Of a stretch of DNA of 20,000 nucleotides, positions 16,901 to 20,000 are shown in pieces (position 1 is the first letter of the stretch; the number at the start of each line of letters is the position of its first letter). The stretch lies in IMG/VR virus record IMGVR_UViG_3300049847_000281; one strand, given 5' to 3'. The DNA comes from an uncultured virus (IMG/VR IMGVR_UViG_3300049847_000281) (Duplodnaviria > Heunggongvirae > Uroviricota > Caudoviricetes). The translations under genes and the position numbers were made by a program. Below the pieces are notes generated by a model. That model was not told the origin of the DNA, ran no database searches, and was given only the letters and a program-made list of their open reading frames with translations.

Positions 16901-17261
16901 TCTTACCCTGCAACTTCTCCTCAAGGTCTCGCACAAACTTCCGCTTCCGCTCTCTGTCCCACGTGTTCCATATCACCGCCTCTGCCGGAGAGAGCTGTAT
17001 CGTCCTGCCGCCAAACTCCACCAACACGTAATCCTGTTCCGGCTTCACCTTGGCGCTGAGGTACTCGTCTTTCGTCATCGGCTCGTCTACCCACTGCTCA
17101 CGAAATCGCTTCCGCTCTCTGTGCGCACGGTAAATAAAAACAGTTGTCACAACAATAGCTGTTGCAACAACTATCAGGAACGCCAGTGTTACCGAGTCGG
17201 CTTTGCCGATGCTCCATGTGTCGTTTTCGATGAAGAGGGTCTGTATCATTTTGTGGCGCAA
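16881..17261 (-). CDS. Small membrane-anchored protein
   Basis: TM helix VTLAFLIVVATAIVVTTVFIY followed by a basic stretch; the start is probably the ATG at 17249. Confidence 0.7.
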   Translation of the reverse strand: MRHKMIQTLFIENDTWSIGKADSVTLAFLIVVATAIVVTTVFIYRAHRERKRFREQWVDEPMTKDEYLSAKVKPEQDYVLVEFGGRTIQLSPAEAVIWNTWDRERKRKFVRDLEEKLQGKKTKPRL

Positions 17262-17332
17262 GGTAAATAATTTTCGAAATATATTGTACAGGACATAAAT
17301 TGTTTTTATAATTGCAGCTTAAAATAAAGAAG

Positions 17333-17536
17333 ATGATAACAGACCAAGAACATAACGACCACTACTTCAAAAACTTTAAAAAGAAGTTTACCGAGAACAA
17401 AGTAAAGATTACACTCGCATGTGGTGTAACCGCAGATGACAAGGTGCTGCTGGCGACAGTGGACATGTCTGATAAAAAAGACACCGTGATGATGTTGCGC
17501 GCTATGGCGGATGTGATTGAGAAAAAACTTACATAG
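17333..17536 (+). CDS. Hypothetical protein
   Basis: ATG at 17333 after an A-rich leader; first gene of a rightward unit. Confidence 0.6.
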   Translation: MITDQEHNDHYFKNFKKKFTENKVKITLACGVTADDKVLLATVDMSDKKDTVMMLRAMADVIEKKLT

Positions 17537-17551
17537 GCAGATAAAACACAA

Positions 17552-17848
17552 ATGAAAAAAATTAGCACATTATTTAAGAAAGACCCGAATGATTTGGGCA
17601 GAGTTATGAATGAAGTAAATCCTGAAAACCAATGGGTATTTGATGGCGAAGGAATTGCTACACGAAAGTTTGACGGAACAGCCGTAGCAATTATTAACGG
17701 TGAACTTTACAAACGCTATGATGTAAAGAAGGGAAGGCAAATACCTGACGGAGCTATTGCTTGCCAAGAAGCTGATGAAATTACAGGACATCATCCACAT
17801 TGGTTGAAGTGCGAAAGAAGCAAAGCAGTTACCGATGAACTTAATTAG
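17552..17848 (+). CDS. RNA-ligase-like (nucleotidyltransferase motif) phage protein, probably C-terminally truncated
   Basis: MKKISTLF...ATRKFDGTAVAI carries a KxDG motif I; only 98 aa, ending just before the cassette array. Confidence 0.55.
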   Translation: MKKISTLFKKDPNDLGRVMNEVNPENQWVFDGEGIATRKFDGTAVAIINGELYKRYDVKKGRQIPDGAIACQEADEITGHHPHWLKCERSKAVTDELN

Positions 17849-17861
17849 ATGCACGGCTATT

Positions 17862-17971
17862 GCTACTAACGTTATCGGGGTTAAAGCAGTTAAAAGTGCC
17901 TACTGCAAACTCCGAATTAAGCACAAAACTAAATGGCACTTTTTATTGCTTTTAACCCTCGTGTTATTGGC
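17862..17971. repeat. attC-like site 1
   Basis: GCTACTAAC-N7-GGGTTAAAGCAGTTAAAAGTGCC (17878-17900), 34-nt loop, GGCACTTTTTATTGCTTTTAACCC (17935-17958)-N4-GTTATTGGC. Confidence 0.8.
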
Positions 17972-17989
17972 TGATTAAATTTACGGAAT

Positions 17990-18310
17990 ATGAAAGACAA
18001 ATCTAAAATCAAAGAACCGAAAATCGGGGACAAAATTTATGTGCCATCATCTTACTATGTGTATCGTGGCGAAGATGATTTTGAAGGAGGACTGGCAACC
18101 ATTACGAAGGTGGAGCATAGCAAGCACTTACCAAAGGGACACGTTAATTATACGATGGTAGGAATTGAAGGCAGACCAAGCACAATGTATAATTGGACGG
18201 TGCTTGCGGAAGAACAAGACGAACTGAAAAAAGAATATGGAAAGCAAGTGGCACATTCCAACCCCGATTTGCGACCAGAGTTTAATCAACCTGATGCTGA
18301 TTGGAAGTAG
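17990..18310 (+). CDS. Cassette A hypothetical protein (SH3/KOW-like start PKIGDKIYV)
   Basis: 106 aa; bracketed by IR GTTATTGGCtgATTAAATTTAC (17963-17984) / GTAAATTTAATttGCCAATAAC (18318-18339). Confidence 0.8.
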   Translation: MKDKSKIKEPKIGDKIYVPSSYYVYRGEDDFEGGLATITKVEHSKHLPKGHVNYTMVGIEGRPSTMYNWTVLAEEQDELKKEYGKQVAHSNPDLRPEFNQPDADWK

Positions 18311-18330
18311 GAACGTAGTAAATTTAATTT

Positions 18331-18431
18331 GCCAATAACGTTCGGAGGGTTTGCGAAGTGCCGCTTACCACAAAATCCAATTTCAGCACTAAACTTCATA
18401 GCGGCATTTTGCAAACCCTATGTTATATGAA
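18331..18431. repeat. attC-like site 2
   Basis: GCCAATAAC-N6-AGGGTTTGCGAAGTGCCGCT (18346-18365), 34-nt loop, AGCGGCATTTTGCAAACCCT (18400-18419)-AT-GTTATATGAA. Confidence 0.8.
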
Positions 18432-18473
18432 GTAAAATAAACGAAGGGTGGGCATCAATTAAACAATTAAAAA

Positions 18474-18803
18474 ATGATTACAAAAATTTACGGAGCATCG
18501 GACGATTTGATAGAAATTGAAGGTGCTATTTCAGACGAAGTAAATGTTTACCTAAAGGACAATGAGAAAGTAAATTTTTCTGCATCCGATGGAACGAAAG
18601 GCAAAATTAGCTACGATGATGAAGGGCAATGGCGAATTGAAGTGCTTGATGCAGGAAGTAAGTGCAGAACTAAAATTGCTGCTGTTGGCGAAGATGCTGC
18701 ACACATTGGCGATGCTGCTGGATGCACTTCATATTCCGATGTGCTAATTTTAGAAGAAGGAATTGAATGGGTCAAAATCAAGGGTAAAACTTTCAAATCG
18801 TAG
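18474..18803 (+). CDS. Cassette B hypothetical protein (YGASDDLIE motif family)
   Basis: 109 aa; bracketed by IR GTTATATGAAgTAAAATAAACG (18422-18443) / CGTTTATTTTAtTTCATATAAC (18815-18836). Confidence 0.8.
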   Translation: MITKIYGASDDLIEIEGAISDEVNVYLKDNEKVNFSASDGTKGKISYDDEGQWRIEVLDAGSKCRTKIAAVGEDAAHIGDAAGCTSYSDVLILEEGIEWVKIKGKTFKS

Positions 18804-18826
18804 CGGTGCGGTGGCGTTTATTTTAT

Positions 18827-18933
18827 TTCATATAACGTTCGGTGGATTAAAGAAGAATGGCGCACCACAACTGCCCGTTCAAAGCGAAAATGTTCATTGC
18901 GCCATTTTTCTTTTAATCCATTTGTTATCGGAA
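18827..18933. repeat. attC-like site 3
   Basis: TTCATATAAC-N6-TGGATTAAAGAAGAATGGCGCA (18843-18864), 33-nt loop, TGCGCCATTTTTCTTTTAATCCA (18898-18920)-TTT-GTTATCGGAA. Confidence 0.8.
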
Positions 18934-19020
18934 GCCGCATCGGTGAACTTCATTCGGAGCAAAAGAAAAAATTAAATAAATTATTTGCGTGGGATTTTTA
19001 ACTATTAAACTATAAACAAA

Positions 19021-19488
19021 ATGACAACAGAAGAAATTACAAAGGGCAACATACTGATTGCCGAATTTATGGGAACAACTTATTGGAAGGCATACAATTT
19101 TGTAAAGGATTATCATTATTGGGCAACTCATTTCAATACGAAAGAGGAATGTCAAATGAAAATTGACGAAATCTTTTATGAAAATCAAAGAGGCGACATT
19201 GTTCCAAAACTTTGTTGGGGCGAAAGATTTGATATGAACTGGGGCGACCTGATGCCTGTAGTTGTAAAGATTAGCAAATATAAATACGAAGATGGCGACA
19301 CTGCTTATCTGCGAACCTTTGGGATGCTGAACGCTGAAACGGGCAAACCAATGGTTAGAATAAATCGCTGTTGTGTAATTGAAGCCGACACTTTAATTGA
19401 AGCAACCTATGGAGCAGTAATAGATTTCCTGACCTATATGAAAAATGAAGAGGCACGATTAACTAATTTAACTGAGCGTGGGGAATAA
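19021..19488 (+). CDS. Cassette C hypothetical protein (NxLIAEFMG...WxxLMPVVxKI family of Bacteroidota phages)
   Basis: 155 aa; bracketed by IR GTTATCGGAAgCCGC (18924-18938) / GCGGtTTCCGATAAC (19541-19555). Confidence 0.8.
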   Translation: MTTEEITKGNILIAEFMGTTYWKAYNFVKDYHYWATHFNTKEECQMKIDEIFYENQRGDIVPKLCWGERFDMNWGDLMPVVVKISKYKYEDGDTAYLRTFGMLNAETGKPMVRINRCCVIEADTLIEATYGAVIDFLTYMKNEEARLTNLTERGE

Positions 19489-19545
19489 TTTATTTAATTT
19501 TTTCTCATCCAAGTTAGCAGAATCTTCAATCGGAGCTATGGCGGT

Positions 19546-19700
19546 TTCCGATAACGGAATAGGGCTTTACGCTCGTTGTTTTTATTTGGATTAGAAAACT
19601 AAAACTTAATAATATGGAAGAAAATACGATTGAAAGAACAATGCTCACTACACCGATGTCGCCAAATAAAAACAATGGCGTTAAAGCTAATGTTATTGGC
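19546..19700. repeat. attC-like site 4 (long loop containing a translation start)
   Basis: TTCCGATAAC-N8-GCTTTACGCTCGTTGTTTTTATTTGG (19564-19589), 72-nt loop, CCAAATAAAAACAATGGCGTTAAAGC (19662-19687)-TAAT-GTTATTGGC. Confidence 0.78.
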
Positions 19701-19877
19701 TGTTTTCGCAAAAGGACTTTTATAGAGGTATTTTGTAAGAAGTGCGGAATTAGATATAGCGATGATGGTGAGTATGAGAAAGTGTTTCAAGATAAGGCAG
19801 ATGCTATTGAAACGATAACGCAAGATGATAACTGGCTTGTTAAAGGACGGGATGCCTTTTGCGAAAATTGCCAATAA
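19614..19877 (+). CDS. Cassette D small zinc-binding protein (CKKC...CENC)
   Basis: 87 aa; starts in the hairpin loop; IR GTTATTGGCtgTTTTCGCAAAAGG (19692-19715) / CCTTTTGCGAAAAttGCCAATAAC (19855-19878); the stop TAA lies in the core TAAC. Confidence 0.72.
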   Translation: MEENTIERTMLTTPMSPNKNNGVKANVIGCFRKRTFIEVFCKKCGIRYSDDGEYEKVFQDKADAIETITQDDNWLVKGRDAFCENCQ

Positions 19878-19931
19878 CACTCCAGTTACAGAAACCCCTC
19901 AATCAAATCACAATTATGCGGGAATTTTTCT

Positions 19932-19963
19932 TTTGCCCACAAAATACATTTAACCTACATTTG
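19932..19963 (+). promoter_or_regulatory. Full-consensus Bacteroidota sigma-A promoter
   Basis: -33 TTTG (19932-19935), 20-nt spacer, -7 TACATTTG (19956-19963). Confidence 0.7.
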
Positions 19964-19968
19964 CCCAA

Positions 19969-20000
19969 ATGAAAGTAAGCCAACCAATCCTCAACGAATG
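19969..20000 (+). CDS. Start of a probably leaderless ORF running off the window (MKVSQPILNE...)
   Basis: ATG 5 nt after the -7 box; frame open to the edge. Confidence 0.4.
   Translation, partial: MKVSQPILNE

Larger units (their letters stand above)
17862..19878. mobile_element. Integron-like gene-cassette array (4 cassettes, 4 attC-like hairpins), no integrase in the window
   Basis: Repeating unit TAAC-G-hairpin-T-GTTA, with cassette-specific terminal inverted repeats around single genes; more AT-rich than the packaging genes. Confidence 0.8.

Noticed and set aside
8678..17270. Alternative-frame and antisense ORFs in the packaging and accessory regions (e.g. 10393..10818, 11692..12042, 15321..15815, 16147..16791)
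   Set aside because: They overlap better-supported genes and have no recognisable motifs.
17862..19878. CRISPR array or simple terminators as an explanation of the repeats
   Set aside because: The repeats are not identical direct repeats, the intervening segments are whole genes, the hairpins have 33-72 nt loops and no U-tract after the stem, and terminators would not explain the gene-specific AAC/GTT end matching.
17862..19878. MITEs/IS elements or an invertible shufflon
   Set aside because: No transposase or target-site duplications are seen, and all four genes share one orientation. Inversion by the terminal IRs is not excluded but has no support here.

Overview
This window is part of a tailed dsDNA phage genome, most likely infecting a Bacteroidota host (TAnnTTTG -7 promoter boxes, weak Shine-Dalgarno signals) and resembling crAss-like/environmental Bacteroidota phages. 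Left (1-7224, - strand) is a virion operon: two paralogous small proteins, a tRNA(CAU), scaffold-like protein, major capsid protein, a conserved post-capsid protein and Thr/Val-rich structural proteins. Middle (7405-13704, + strand, divergent) has an XRE HTH regulator, a tandem GroES-like co-chaperonin, a candidate small terminase, large terminase and portal. 13637-17261 (- strand) is a cluster of small accessory genes, including a NUMOD4/HNH-like protein that appears catalytically dead. The most notable feature is 17862-19878, an AT-rich array of four single-gene cassettes. Each gene is bracketed by its own GTTA...TAAC inverted repeat, and cassettes are separated by homologous attC-like hairpins, with no integrase in the window. 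Array ends, bulge position, G.T wobble strand bias and a start codon inside a hairpin suggest polarity opposite to classical integrons (hairpin travels upstream of its gene). All family assignments come from motif recognition, not database searches.
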